Below, in pieces: positions 24,724 through 37,330 of a stretch of DNA of 53,743 nt; position 1 is the stretch's first letter, and every line of letters starts with the position of its first letter. Below the pieces are notes generated by a model. That model saw only the letters and a list, made by a program, of their open reading frames with translations, had not been told where the DNA came from and made no database searches. This stretch comes from Octopus sinensis (taxonomy: Eukaryota), in the NCBI RefSeq assembly GCF_006345805.1, contig NW_021833880.1, forward strand, positions 1 through 53,743, given 5' to 3'. Made by a program: the position numbers and the translations under genes.

Positions 24724-24912
24724 CATATATGTATGTATATATATGTGTGTATATATATATGTATGTACATGTATGTATGTATATGTATATATATGTATAT
24801 ATGTATATATATGGTTAATCCAAACAAGAAAGCACAAAAAAACACACAACAATGCGAGGACGTGGAGCAAATATAGTATTGTTGGACGCCCAGGAAAGAA
24901 GAAAAGAAGGAG

Positions 24913-24948
24913 GTTTTAACGTTTCGAGCGGAGCTCTTCGTCGGAAAC
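24913..24948 (-). ncRNA. Minimal hammerhead-like motif (U4C core) in a PLE-derived repeat
   Basis: GTTT-CCGACGA-A-GAGC-TCC-GCTC-GAAA-CGT-TA-AAAC, with palindromic AACGTT. Confidence 0.5.
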
Positions 24949-24996
24949 ATAGGAGAAGGTAAGATTCAGAGAAGGAAGACAGAGGAAAAAAATCGC

Positions 24997-25033
<37 letters not shown>

Positions 25034-25489
25034 TGTATATATATATGTGTGTACATATATATGTATATATGTATGTAAGTATATATATATGTATATATAT
25101 ATATAATGTATGCATACATACATGCCTACTTACATATACATATATACACATATATATATATACACACACGTGTATATATATGCATATACGTACACGCACA
25201 TATATGCATATATGCACACATATATATAATAATATATACACTTAGACAAATATTTGAGCTTATATATATAGGTATAGATATATATGTGTGTGTGTGTGTA
25301 TGCGTGTGCGTGTGCATGTGTGTATGTATAGGTATCTATATACGCACATACATAAAGTGAGAGAGAAAGAGAGAGAGGTGGTGAGATAGAGATAGAGAAT
25401 ATATTTGGTTTTTTCTCACGTGAATTAAGAAACGTTCTAGAGAGCACACGTGTGTATACAAACTTATATATCTATAAATACAGATTATA

Positions 25490-27520
25490 TACAACTTAGA
25501 TTGGTTCCGGCCATTATCGACCCAGGCCATGCGTAACTTAATAGCACCACCTGGAAATGTCTTTTAATTAATTATTTTGGGACACCATGGACCACTCAAG
25601 CAGGAAGTTGTTGGATGAAACGTATCCAAGAGTAGGTGGTTTGTCTGGCATTTCTTGGAGGAATTTGTCCAGGTTCCATTTGAAGGTTGAGGGGTCTTTT
25701 TCTACTTCAATTTCTTTCGAGATAACATTGAAAAGTGTAGGACTATTTGCAGTAGAGAAGTTGTGTTGCAATGTTCTTATGTGATGTGATCTCGACCTTT
25801 GTAGTAGCTTTCCACCGACTCCAACGTTGGATAATTTCCCTAACACTATATTGTGGTCAACTCTATCAAAGGCCTTGCTGAAATCAAGGTATATGACATC
25901 GGCGTTGGAGCCCTCGCTTAGTGCATTTAAGATGCCATTAAAGTGGTGGAGGAGCTGTGTTAGACAGTCCCTCCCACCGCGAAAGCATGCTGGTTGCAAT
26001 TTAGAAGATGATTTTGCACTAGGAAGGCTGTTATTCTTGATCTCAACACTCTCTCAATATTTTGATATGTAAGGTGAGTGAAATTGGACAGTAGTTTACT
26101 GGGAGCGATTTATTCCCATTTTTGAAAAATAGGAACAACTGACTGAGAGAGGTGGTTTTGAGAGGTAAAACCATCCTCTAGTGATTTCCTCCAGAGATTT
26201 GCAAGAGGAGCTGCAAGTTGCTGTCTGCATTCCTTCAGCACTGTAGCAGGGAACCTGTCAGGACCCACTGTTGAATCAAGTTTGATTTCTTTTATTGCCT
26301 CTAGGATGTCAGTAGCGTCGAAGATTATGTCGGAAAGGACATGCTGAGGATTCAAAGAAGCATGTTGCTTGAGTCAGCTGAATCAGGGTCACTGAAAACA
26401 GAGCAGTATCGACTTTTCAGAATCTCGGCCATGTCTTTGGCATCACTGTGAAAGATGCCGTTTCCGTCAAGCAGTGGGCCGATAGAGGAAACTGTGGCCC
26501 TATGTGGTTTTGCAAAGGAGTAAAAAACCTTAGGAATATTCTTGATGTTTTTAATAGTCCTTGCTTCCTCTGCAGCTCTTTGGTCGTTTATCGGAGTTCT
26601 CATACACTCCTGCAACTGTTTCTTCTTTGATTCCAAGGTTGTTGATGTTCTCGATTGGGAGGATGCTGCTGACGGTGGTATTTTAGAGTATTGATTTTTC
26701 GGTTTATTCTTTTTATTCTCCTGTTGAGCGCTTTTCTCTGTTTTGGAATCCTGCATCTACTGTTATTTATGAGCCATGAGGGTGTGTGTTTTGAGCATAT
26801 GTTGGTAGCTGTGTCTTCAAATAGTTGCCATGCGTTTGTGCTTGTTGTGATATTGGAGGAAGCAATGGTGAAGGACCAGTCCATTTGCGATAAGTCTTGA
26901 GTGATCGCGCTCCAGTTTGACTTTTGTAAATTCATATTATCAAATGGGTGCACTGGAGTCAGTGATTTATGCCAAATTTTTGAATGCGGAAGACTGAGGT
27001 TACAGAGTACTATGCCATGATCGGACAGGAATGTTCTTTCCACTGTGATGTTATGGATAGTTTTAGCATGATTGCTTATCACTAGATCCAAGACACTTTC
27101 ATTGTTTCTGGTTTGCTCATGAACGAGTTGTGACAGGGAAAAAATTATCAATAAATCTGGAAAGTAACTCTACTGTTGCTTTGTCTGAGTTTGAGGTGAA
27201 GGTTCTTGGTCTAACAATATTAGTGGACCAGTCTACAGAGGGTAGGTTGAAGTCGCTCATCATCAGAATATTTCCTGGTTTACATTGCAGGAGGAAAGAT
27301 TTGATCTTCTTGAGGCACTCTTCGAAATAGTGTAAGGGTGCTTCTTGGGGTCTGTAGAACCAAATGACAGAGAGGTCTTTACCCTTGTTGTATACAGAGA
27401 CGCATTCGCCGTAACCGCTGGAGAAAATTACCTTGGCATCTGCGCTGAAAGAATCAGGGAGGAAACCAGCAACTCCCATCTTTCTTCAGCTTGGCCGATC
27501 AGCCTCTGAAGTCTCTGATT
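25490..27520 (-). mobile_element. CR1-clade LINE ORF2 relic: endonuclease plus partial RT, internally deleted
   Basis: APE motifs FYRP, SDFNLP, VLDLV and LSDH; RT motifs VGPDRF..VLKEC, QHAFRGGRDCLTQLL and VIYLDFSKAFDRVDH. After KLLQ it jumps to the C-terminus, so the QG and YADD-type motifs are missing. 3' tail at 25490-25560. Confidence 0.92.
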
Positions 27521-27606
27521 TTCAAAATACACTTAAATGCATTCATATATGGTGTATGTATATCCATATATACATACATACATACATACATACATACATA
27601 CATACA

Positions 27607-27640
<34 letters not shown>

Positions 27641-28166
27641 CATACATAACGCGCACACACATGCAGACATACACACAGACACACACACATGTAGTAATAC
27701 ACATCATATAATGTTATTTATTGTAATTTGAGTTTCACATTGCCGAATCGCTTCTGTAACAATATTTAGGAATAAGACATTCTCAGGAGGTCTTATTCCA
27801 AAAGAATAAAGAGGAATAACACCTCTGCAGAAAAATCCCTGCACTGTCTGTCTGTCTGCATGTAAGTGTATACACACATACACACACATGCACATATCTA
27901 CTAGCGTCACCTTGTCACTCGTACACACGACAAATAAGTTTAGCTTGCTTAAACACATTTTAAAGCGGTAATGAAGGAAACTCAATATATACGAAACTAT
28001 ATATACTTTCATATACATTCATATGCTACAACAGACTGATTTCATCTTTATTTATAAAAAAAAAAATCTGCTCAATATTTGTTGTGATTATCCGCTAAGC
28101 TGATACAGTCTTCACATGGGATCAAAACATACCAGAAACTAAACTGTTAGACAAACTAAACTGTTA

Positions 28167-28767
28167 AAGGCGGCGAGCTGGCAGAAATGCCAGCACGGCG
28201 GGCGAAATGCTTAGCCGGATTTCGTCTGCCGTTACGTTCTGAGTTCGAATTCCGCCGAGGTCGACTTTGCCTTACATCCTTTCGGGGTCGATAAATTAAG
28301 TACCAGTTACGCACTGGGGTCGATGTAATCGACTTAATCCGTCTGTCTGTCCTTGTTTGTCCTCTCTGTGTTTAGCCCCTTGTGGGTAATAAAGAAATAG
28401 GTATTTCGTCTGCCGTTACGTTCTGAGTTCAAATTCCGCCGAGGTCGACTTTGCCTTTCATCCTTTCGGGGTCGATTAATTAAGTACCAGTTACGCACTG
28501 TGGTCGATGTAATCGACTTAATCCGTCTGTCTGTCCTTGTTTGTCCTCTCTGTGTTTAACCCCTTGTGGGTAGTAAAAAAATAGGTATTTCGTCTGCCGT
28601 TACGTTCTGAGTTCAAATTCCGCAGAGGTCGACTTTGCCTTTCATCCTTTCAGGGTCGATTAATTAAGTACCAGTTGCGCACTGGGTCGATGTAATCGAC
28701 TGAATCCCTTTGTCTGTCCTTGTGTGTCCCCTTTATGTTTAACCCCTATGAGCAATAAAGAAATAAG
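28167..28767 (+). mobile_element. Family A SINE trimer flanked by a single 14-bp TSD
   Basis: TSD AAACTAAACTGTTA at 28153-28166 and 28768-28781; internal units start at 28400 and 28584. Confidence 0.92.
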
Positions 28768-29909
28768 AAACTAAACTGTTAGAATAGCTACACCAATTTC
28801 AACATAACCAAATACTCATACCTTCATGTGAATATCCGTAAAGACATAATCTCATACACAGATATACATGCGTATAAAACGAAACACTTATTGTCCTATG
28901 TCCTATAATTCTATGATTCAAATCGTGTAATCGACATCCGAGGACAGGAAGTTGTTGCCATTATTGTTGTTGTTGTTACTGCTGCTGATTATCCCCTGGT
29001 CAACTCTAATTTTGCCAATCAATGATTAAAGGGTTTTTTTTTCCCAATTTCACCTCCATATACTTATAGCATGTTTTCTAGGACCGGTCATAAGATGAGC
29101 TGGCAGAATGGTTAGCACGTCGTACAGAAGTCTTAGCGGCATTCCTTGCAGCTCTTTACGTTCCGTGTTCAAATATCGGTAAGGTCGAATTCGCCTTTCG
29201 TCCCTTCGGGGTCGATAAAATAAAGTACCAGTCAAGTACTGGCTTCAATGTAACAATGTAATTAAGTTGTCTCCTACCTCCAAAATTGCTGGTTTTCAAT
29301 CCAACAATGGACCGACGCATGTATATTGTGAAATCAGCTACATAAGCGCTTTAGAAACCGAGTGACTGACCTTATGAATTCTGGGGTTCAGGAAACGTAA
29401 TCTAGACCCTTTATTCTTTTAAACAGTAGGACGTGATAAGAGCGATATTTGGCTGGTGTTTCTAGCAGGCCGACGGAACCCGTAAATTCTCTTGCTGATG
29501 GAATGCCATGTCTGTGTACTCTACAGGTCCTTACGCTCTACCCATTCCCCGTCCTTCAGTTTGTCTTCATCATAATGACTGTTTAATTTCGAGACAACAC
29601 AACATTGCTGCAAACCGAATGTATATCTTTATTTATTTCCTACATTAGTAATTTGGGCGGTGACGCGATTGTTGAAACAAACACTATTACCAAGGATACT
29701 GACACAGTTATATACACAAACACAAACACAAACACACATGCTATATGTATGTATGTAGGTATATAGGTGTGTGTATATGTATGCATGTGTTCGCGAACAT
29801 ATGTATGAATGACTGCGTAACTATGTATATCTGAATGTCTAGTACACGCACACACACACACACGCACGCAAACAGACACACACATGTATGTACGTAAATG
29901 CATACATGA

Positions 29910-29951
<42 letters not shown>

Positions 29952-30178
29952 GATACGTATGTATAAATATATCGATGCATACACACACATATATCTACAA
30001 ACAGACACACACACACGCACACACACACACACACACATACGAGTGTGTGTATGTCTCATATGTTTGTGTGTGCATATATACATACATACATACACACACA
30101 TACATAGACACTAATATACAATATATATGTCTGTGTGTTGTGTATGTGTACTTTTGAAAAGTTTTACTTACCTACACA

Positions 30179-30234
<56 letters not shown>

Positions 30235-30736
30235 CATACACACACATACACTCATCTATGAATGGCTAGTGTGTGTATGAGCGTGTGAATATCGTCACTA
30301 GAGTACATGCTACTCCAGCGTTCGGTACCTTTCCCCCGACTCCACCCACAATCCATCTATTATTTAGTGTCGACGTTGTTTCGAAGATTTATCGCATTTA
30401 CTATGACTGCATTGCGTGCTGTCGAGGGTGCATATATTTTAGGTTCTCAAATACACACACAATCACACACTTACATACAGCCACTGACACACATACACAT
30501 ACTGACACACATACGCATACTGACCGCCCTCACTCCGACCTACCCACACGCAAACAGACAAGCTCTGTACACGCACATACACACAAACGCATATACACAT
30601 AGGCACACGTTAATTACATTGACACAGACCTCACAACGCATAACTTATATATTTAATTAAAATACTTATCGCCTATGTATGCTCCACTCCCAAATAGAAA
30701 CTGGTTAACATATGTTAAAATATATTAAAATACATC

Positions 30737-31110
30737 AGGCGTGGGAGTGCCTGTGTGGTAATTAGCTTGCTTTCTAACCACATGGTTCCGCGTTCAGTCC
30801 GTGGCACCTTGGCAAGTGTCTTCTACTATAGCCTCGGGCCAGTGGATTTGGTAGACGGAAACTGAAAGAAGCCCGTCGTATATATGTGTGTGTATATGTT
30901 TGTGTGTCTGTGTTTGTCCCCCCCCCAACATCGCATGACAATCGATGCTAGTGTGTTTACGTCCCCGTAACCTAGCGGTTTGGCAAAAGAGACTGATAGA
31001 ATAAGTACTAGGCTTACAAAGAATAAGTCCTGGGGCCGATTTGCTCGACTAAAGGCAGTGCTCCAGCAAGGCCACAGTCAAATGACTGAAACAAGTAAAA
31101 GAATAAAAGA
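30737..31110 (+). mobile_element. CORE-type SINE (family B)
   Basis: Colinear with 6775-7175. Confidence 0.9.
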
Positions 31111-31197
31111 ATAATGAGATAAATATATAGAAAGAATGAATGATGAATACATACATTACACACACAAACACACATAATCGAAGGTGCTGAATCGACG

Positions 31198-31232
31198 TAC
31201 TCCGACGAAGAACTATGGTCGAAACGTCAAAT
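31198..31232 (+). ncRNA. Degenerate hammerhead-like motif (CCGACGA core)
   Basis: CCGACGA-AGAACTATGGTC-GAAACGTC; stem I is poor. Confidence 0.3.
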
Positions 31233-31608
31233 TCTCTCTTTTTCACCGACCGTCACGCTTATACATTCTTTGCGCACGTCCTCTTGTTGTCCGTAAATTG
31301 TATCCGTTTATTTGAATTTACTGCACACACATATAATCCAAATAAGAAGGCAAAGAAAGACTTTAACACGTCTTTAATGATCAGTTACAGTTGTTTTTGT
31401 ACCAACTCTGCTTTCGACACCAGTTCACGCCAAAGTTCCAAGTGAGTATTAACGTAATATTTGCGGTTTTAACATTGAAGTGGCACTTCGTTGCCTACAT
31501 CAAAGGTACACTCTCTCTATATATATATTATGCATGTATGCATGTATGTATCTATATAACAATTAGCAATTCAACATCAGAAAACTGTTCACTGAGACAT
31601 TTATTTGA

Positions 31609-31650
31609 CGTCAAATGTTTCGTCGCACCAACAGTCACCTTGTCAGGATC
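31609..31650 (-). ncRNA. Degenerate hammerhead-like motif
   Basis: GATC-CTGACAA-G-GTGAC-TGTTGGT-GCGAC-GAAAC-ATTT-GACG; G8 is lost without compensation. Confidence 0.3.
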
Positions 31651-31771
31651 TCATATAAAATTTCTTGTGTATTAAGTACATCACCGAAATGTATGTTTTT
31701 TTTTTTACTAAGACTGGACCAGATATTTACAGTAAACTTCCAGCGATAACACGAATTTTGAGGAGAGAAAG

Positions 31772-31854
<83 letters not shown>

Positions 31855-31861
31855 TAGATAT

Positions 31862-31899
<38 letters not shown>

Positions 31900-31917
31900 T
31901 GATAGATAGATAGATAG

Positions 31918-32144
31918 GCGGCGAGCTGGCAGAAACGTTAGCACACCGGGCGAAACGCTTAGCGGTATTGCGTCTGTCGTTGCGTTCTGAGTTCAAATTC
32001 CGCCGAGGTCTACTTTGCCTTTCATCCTTTCGGGGTCGATAAATTAAGTACCAGTTACGCACTGGGGTCGATGTAATCGACTTAATCCGTTTGTCTGTCC
32101 TTGTTTGTCCCCTCTATGTTTAGCCCCTTGTGGGCAATAAAGAA
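31918..32144 (+). mobile_element. Family A SINE monomer within (GATA)n
   Basis: Full head to tail. Confidence 0.9.
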
Positions 32145-32146
32145 TC

Positions 32147-32185
<39 letters not shown>

Positions 32186-32206
32186 CAGATAGATAGATAG
32201 ATAGAC

Positions 32207-32253
<47 letters not shown>

Positions 32254-32667
32254 TAGACAGATAGATAGACATATAGATAGATAGAGAGAGAGAGAGGGGG
32301 GCTCGAAGCGTGACTACGAAGAGCAGTTAGCCAAGAGGATTGAATATAAAGCAACCAGAAGTTTTGACGACAAACGAAGTGAGAACGATTATTAAAGGCT
32401 GAAATAACTGTGTTTTACCGACGTTGTGAAAATGCTTATTGAGTGTGCTTCTACACACGAAGGAGAGACACGAAGTGGGAAAAATTAAAATAACAATACA
32501 TGCATACAGGGAGTTCGGGATAACTTTGACGATTATTTTATGTCTCCTTTTTTCAAGAATAGCTTGATGTATTGGTGAATAGTCAACGGCGTTGGAGGGC
32601 ATAGAGATTAAAGTTGTTGTTGAGAAAAAATTACCCGACATGGAGGAACGGAAGCTATTTGAATATT

Positions 32668-33062
32668 TGTTTCAGTCATGTGAGTGTAGCCATGTTGGAG
32701 CACCGCCTTTAGTCGAGCAAATCGACCCCAGGACTTATTCTTTGTAAGCCTAGTACTTATTCTATCGGTCTCTTTTGCCGAATTGCTAAGTTACGGGGAC
32801 GTAAACACACCAGCATCGGTTGTCAAGCGATGTTGGGAGGACAAACACAGATACACAAACATATACACATACATACACACACATATCTATATACATACAT
32901 ACGACGGGCTTCTTTCAGTTTCCGTCTACCAAATCCACTCACAAGGCTTTGGTCGGCCAAAGGCTATAGTAGTAGACACTTGCCCAAGGTACCACGCAAT
33001 GGGACTGAACCCGGAACCATGTGATTCGTAAGCAAGCTACTTACCCCACAGCCACTCCTAAG
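32668..33062 (-). mobile_element. CORE-type SINE (family B)
   Basis: Reverse complement of 6775-7175. Confidence 0.9.
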
Positions 33063-33149
33063 CCTATATTGGAAAAAGAAAAGTTACATGAAGCCCGATG
33101 ATTCGCGACAGGTATGAAAACGCAGACATCGTAGCTGGAGCTTAATGCT

Positions 33150-33700
33150 ATGTGGGCACTATAAAAGAGCATTGCAAAGTGACATGGACAGCTGCCGCAG
33201 AGACCACGAAGCCGTGGCCAGCAGAAAAGGACACAGTAAGCGTTCTGACTGCGTCCGCATGCCAGTTTTCATCCAACGACTTTGAACAGGGGATTAAGCC
33301 CAATTGGGACGGCTATATAAAGCTGCTGGGGACTGTGGTCAAATCCTGGTTGGAGAGGGTTGCTTCTGGATGGCCACATGTATGGCAGCAGGATTCGGCT
33401 CCTTGCCATACTTCCGAAAAGAGTCAGCGGTGGTTGTCGGAGAATTTCTACGACTTCACTAACCCCTATTTATAGCCTTCTGATTTTTCCGGATTGTAAT
33501 CTTATGGGTTACTATATGTGGGGCGCGGTTGAGAAAGACATCAACCACTCTACCTGCAACACCAAGGCCGAACTGGTGGCCAAGATCAAGAATGTGTTCG
33601 AAGACCTTCCCAAGGATACGGTGAAGAACGCATGTGCAATATTCCGGAGCCGTCTTGAGGTCGTGGTGGTGGTGATGGGGAAGTTACTTAGAGTAAACTG
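33150..33700 (+). pseudogene. Tc1/mariner transposase relic
   Basis: HEAVASRKGHSKRSDCVR, then VWQQDSAPCHTSEKSQRWLSENF..., YYMWGAVEKDINHSTCNTKAELVAKIK..ACAIFRSRLEVVV. A possible left TIR (TA-CAGGGAGTTCGG) lies at ~32505. Confidence 0.88.
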
Positions 33701-33823
33701 TTTTACTATATAAAGATCACCAACTGCCTACCCGGAGTAATTTCTGACGGCACGTGCCTGATATATATATATATATATAATATATATATATATATATTAT
33801 ATATATAGATATATATATAATAT

Positions 33824-33854
<31 letters not shown>

Positions 33855-33886
33855 TATATATAGTATATATATATAATATATATATA

Positions 33887-33932
<46 letters not shown>

Positions 33933-34237
33933 CAGGCACGTGCCGTCAGGAATATATATAATATATATATATATAATATAATATATATATACATAATTGT
34001 TTTCATAAGAATTTACAAACTTACGACAAAACGTAAAATAATTCTGTTTTGGAACTGGTTCTCGAAGTATATATAAAGCAATAAATAATAGCGTCTAACT
34101 ATTAGGTTGTAAAAAACCCTTTTGGAAAAATAAAATAATGTTTACTAACTGGAATCTTGAAGCGGTATTCAAGTTGACATGAGTGTTGTGTAATATCTAA
34201 TTTCTTCACACATGTCCTTCCGTACATTTATACTTAC

Positions 34238-34311
34238 CCTTCTCTTTTCCTGGAAAACTGTGGGCGAAGGAGGGTTCGCACATTCCTGGAATCCATTCAG
34301 AGATTGGATGG
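34238..34311 (-). other. Candidate 74-nt internal exon
   Basis: catttctctgttttaaag|CCATCC...GAGAAGG|gtaagt, a consensus donor. Two frames are open: HPISEWIPGMCEPSFAHSFPGKEK or IQSLNGFQECANPPSPTVFQEKRR. Confidence 0.4.
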
Positions 34312-34626
34312 CTTTAAAACAGAGAAATGCGAGTGCGCATCGTTGCGTTTGCTTTTCAAAATATTGTAAATCTAGATTTCTCCTCATTCTTTGCAAATAG
34401 GAGAGATTGTTCTGATTATATTAATTTCCGAAAACATATATTTATGCACAAATGAAATGATACAGTAATTAATACGGAAGCCCACTTTGGGTTTACTCCC
34501 AGTGCGTGGCATCTTCGATAAGTGACCTCTACTAAAGCCCCTGTTCGACCAAAATCTTGTGAGAAAACTTGGTAGACGGAAACTGTGCGGAAGCCAATCG
34601 TGTATACACACACACAATTTTATATA

Positions 34627-34844
34627 CGGTGATACCTCGTCATATTGCGGTTCATCTATCGCGGTTTAACATTTAAGCTTACATCGATTCCTCTGAGGTG
34701 TTGTTTTGTATTTACAATAAAATAAACATACACAAATTATAAAAATAATGAAAAAAAAATATACAGTACTGTTTTTACTTCGCGGATTTTCACCTATCGC
34801 GGGGTTTCTGGAATGTAACACATGCGATAGTCGCGGGATTACTG
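34627..34844. mobile_element. Tigger/pogo-type MITE
   Basis: TA-CGGTGATACCTCG ... CGCGGGATTACTG-TA: imperfect TIRs with a TA TSD. Confidence 0.75.
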
Positions 34845-34859
34845 TATACTTATACACAC

Positions 34860-35068
34860 TCTTTTATTCTTTACTCTTTTACTCTTTTACCTGTTTCAGT
34901 CATTTGACTGCGGCCATGCTGGAGCACCTCCTTTAGTCGAGAAAATCGACCCCAGGACTTATTCTTTGTAAGCCCAGTACTTATTCTATCGGTCTCTTTT
35001 GCCGAACCGCTAAGTGACGGGGACGTAAACACACCAGCATCGGTTGTCAATCAATGCTAGGGGGACAA

Positions 35069-35099
<31 letters not shown>

Positions 35100-35262
35100 C
35101 ATATATACGACAGGCTTCTTTCAGTTTCCGTCTACCAAATCCACTCACAAGGCATTGGTCGGCCCGGGGCTATAGCAGAAGACACTTGCCCAAGATGCCA
35201 CGCAGTGGGACTGAACCCAGAACCATGTGGTTGGTAAGCAAGCTACTTACCACACAGCCACT
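34860..35262 (-). mobile_element. CORE-type SINE (family B), full length
   Basis: Reverse complement of 6775-7175. Confidence 0.9.
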
Positions 35263-35470
35263 CCTGCACACAATTATATAAATATATAATCTTTCGCTGA
35301 GGCATTGCGCGACTAATAACCTCGGGTGGAACTCAATATCCATGCTTCAGAATGAAGAATTAGTCGAATACAGAGGATGGAATGACAAAGGAATAAGCGA
35401 TTATCGCATGAACTTCCTAAACTTAAAGCTGTTTATGCTATAACAAGCAGTGGACTTGCAATTCAGTGCC

Positions 35471-35565
35471 TGAGAAACGGCGTTTAGCTTCATCGGGGCC
35501 TCGAATATGAAATGCAATTTCTATTCGAGGCTCTGATGAACCTGTAAGTTGTTACTTAAGCCCTC
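35471..35565 (+). ncRNA. Candidate pri-miRNA hairpin (predicted pre-miRNA 35485-35546)
   Basis: TTCATCGGGGCCTCGAATA pairs fully with TATTCGAGGCTCTGATGAA, and the lower stem extends to 35471/35558. UG lies at -14 and CNNC at +16 relative to one consistent Drosha cut. Confidence 0.65.
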
Positions 35566-35996
35566 AACTATGAAACCACTGCATTTATAGCAGAAACAGC
35601 TACATGCTGGTGAATTTGATAAGATAATCATTTTGTATATATTTACATATATATACACAAACACATACACACACACACACATACACATATATATATAATA
35701 TATATACATATATATACATATATATATGTATATATATATATACACATATATACATATATATACATATATATATATACATATATATACAATAGATACATAT
35801 ATATAAATACATATATATATATACATATATATACATATATATATACTATTATACACACACATATAGAATATATTCATATATATACATACAATATATGCAT
35901 ATTACATATATATACATATATACATATATATATACATATATATATACATATATATACACACACATATATATATATACATATAATATATATATACAC

Positions 35997-36034
<38 letters not shown>

Positions 36035-36064
36035 ATAATATATACATATATATATATACACACA

Positions 36065-36340
36065 TATGGTGGCTGCTCCCTCGTTATCGAGTATGGTCAT
36101 TGCACGAAGCTTAATCAATGTTGTTATCGTGCAATGCCTGTGCAAGAAGATTTTTTTAAAGTGAGGAAAGGCTGTGCACTGAGTCAATCCCACTCACTAA
36201 GCAACAGCAGCCATAATCCGAAAAGAAGAACAAGTCAACATCATCGGTAACCACTGAGACGCAGGTTTTATGTCGGAGTTATCCCAGTTACTTGAGTTAC
36301 CTTCTCCTAGAAGGATGCCCTAACAAAGGCTAGGAGTCCT
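36065..36340 (+). mobile_element. Probable LINE (RTE-like) 5' region relic
   Basis: GAGTTACCTTCTCCTAGA...AAGGCT resembles, from memory, RTE-type 5' ends. Confidence 0.35.
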
Positions 36341-36588
36341 TCACTCTTATTTTGATATATATACATACATACACACACATATATACATATATACACATAC
36401 ATATATATATATATACATATAATAAATATTAGGGAATAAATCCAAATTTACAGGGAAAAAATCAGATTAGGATTAAATCCAATTTTATAGTAAATATTAT
36501 ATAATATTATTAGAGACAAACCCACTATTTGCAAAACAAACAAGGAAAGACTTAATCAATACATAAATTTTAATTAATAATAATATAT

Positions 36589-36643
<55 letters not shown>

Positions 36644-36837
36644 TGAGAGAGAGAGAGAGGGAGATTAGATAGATATATATAGACAGATAGACATATATAC
36701 ATATATATGTATATATATTATATATGTATATATATATATGTATATATATATATATGTAGATATATATATATTATATATATATATATATATAATATATATA
36801 TATATTATATATATATATATATATAGCGAAAGAGAGT

Positions 36838-36883
<46 letters not shown>

Positions 36884-36999
36884 TATAGATAGATAGATAG
36901 ATAGATATGAAGGGCTTCTATACAGCTTCCATCCACCAAATTTACACACAAGGCATTGAACAGTCCGGGGCTACTGTAAACCACAAGTGCCCAATGCAT

Positions 37000-37330
37000 C
37001 GTTCAGTGCGAAATTTGCCTACTATTTTAAGCAAATGAACTGACCACATAGCAGCTTCATTGTTGGCGCATGATTCGGCTTTTGATAAGCTTTCTTTGTT
37101 CGTGCGAGTAGAATATGGGCGAAACGTATGCTGAAATTTAATTAATGTTGAATCAATCATGTTTGGTTTGTCCAAAGCAATTTTCTCAGCTTTGACTTTT
37201 TTTTCAGATCTTATTTCCCTTGTTCTCTTACTGATGTCCCTGGAGTCAATTGGAACTTTAGTTGCACAAATTTTGCAAAACAATTTTATTCATAAATTCT
37301 CTACGTTTTTAAGAATACTGTTTTTTTTCT
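37000..37330 (-). pseudogene. Possible transposase N-terminal zinc-finger relic (CGGBP1/BED-like)
   Basis: KLFCKICATKVPIDSRDISKR...; the His ligands are not preserved. Confidence 0.25.

Noticed and set aside
27769-27799. GGAATAAGAC/GTCTTATTCC hairpin
   Set aside because: Only a 10-bp stem, too short for a pre-miRNA and with no other supporting features.
29475-29531. AACCCGTA (miR-100/miR-10-family-like seed) with partial pairing to TACAGGT
   Set aside because: Pairing collapses beyond ~9 bp, and the region looks like a degenerate repeat tail.
31391-31441. Plus-strand 51-nt exon with a GTGAGT donor
   Set aside because: The acceptor is weak and no partner exons or recognisable peptide were found; insufficient support to list as a feature.
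36095-36138. CATTGCACGA/TCGTGCAATG hairpin with a miR-92-type seed
   Set aside because: Only 10-12 bp pair, the seed is on the wrong arm for miR-92, and it lies within a probable LINE 5' relic.
37072-37130. TTGATAA...GAAACGTA as a second U3-A8 hammerhead
   Set aside because: The stem I closing pair is mismatched, stem II is long and weak, and it lies within an open reading stretch, so it is likely chance.
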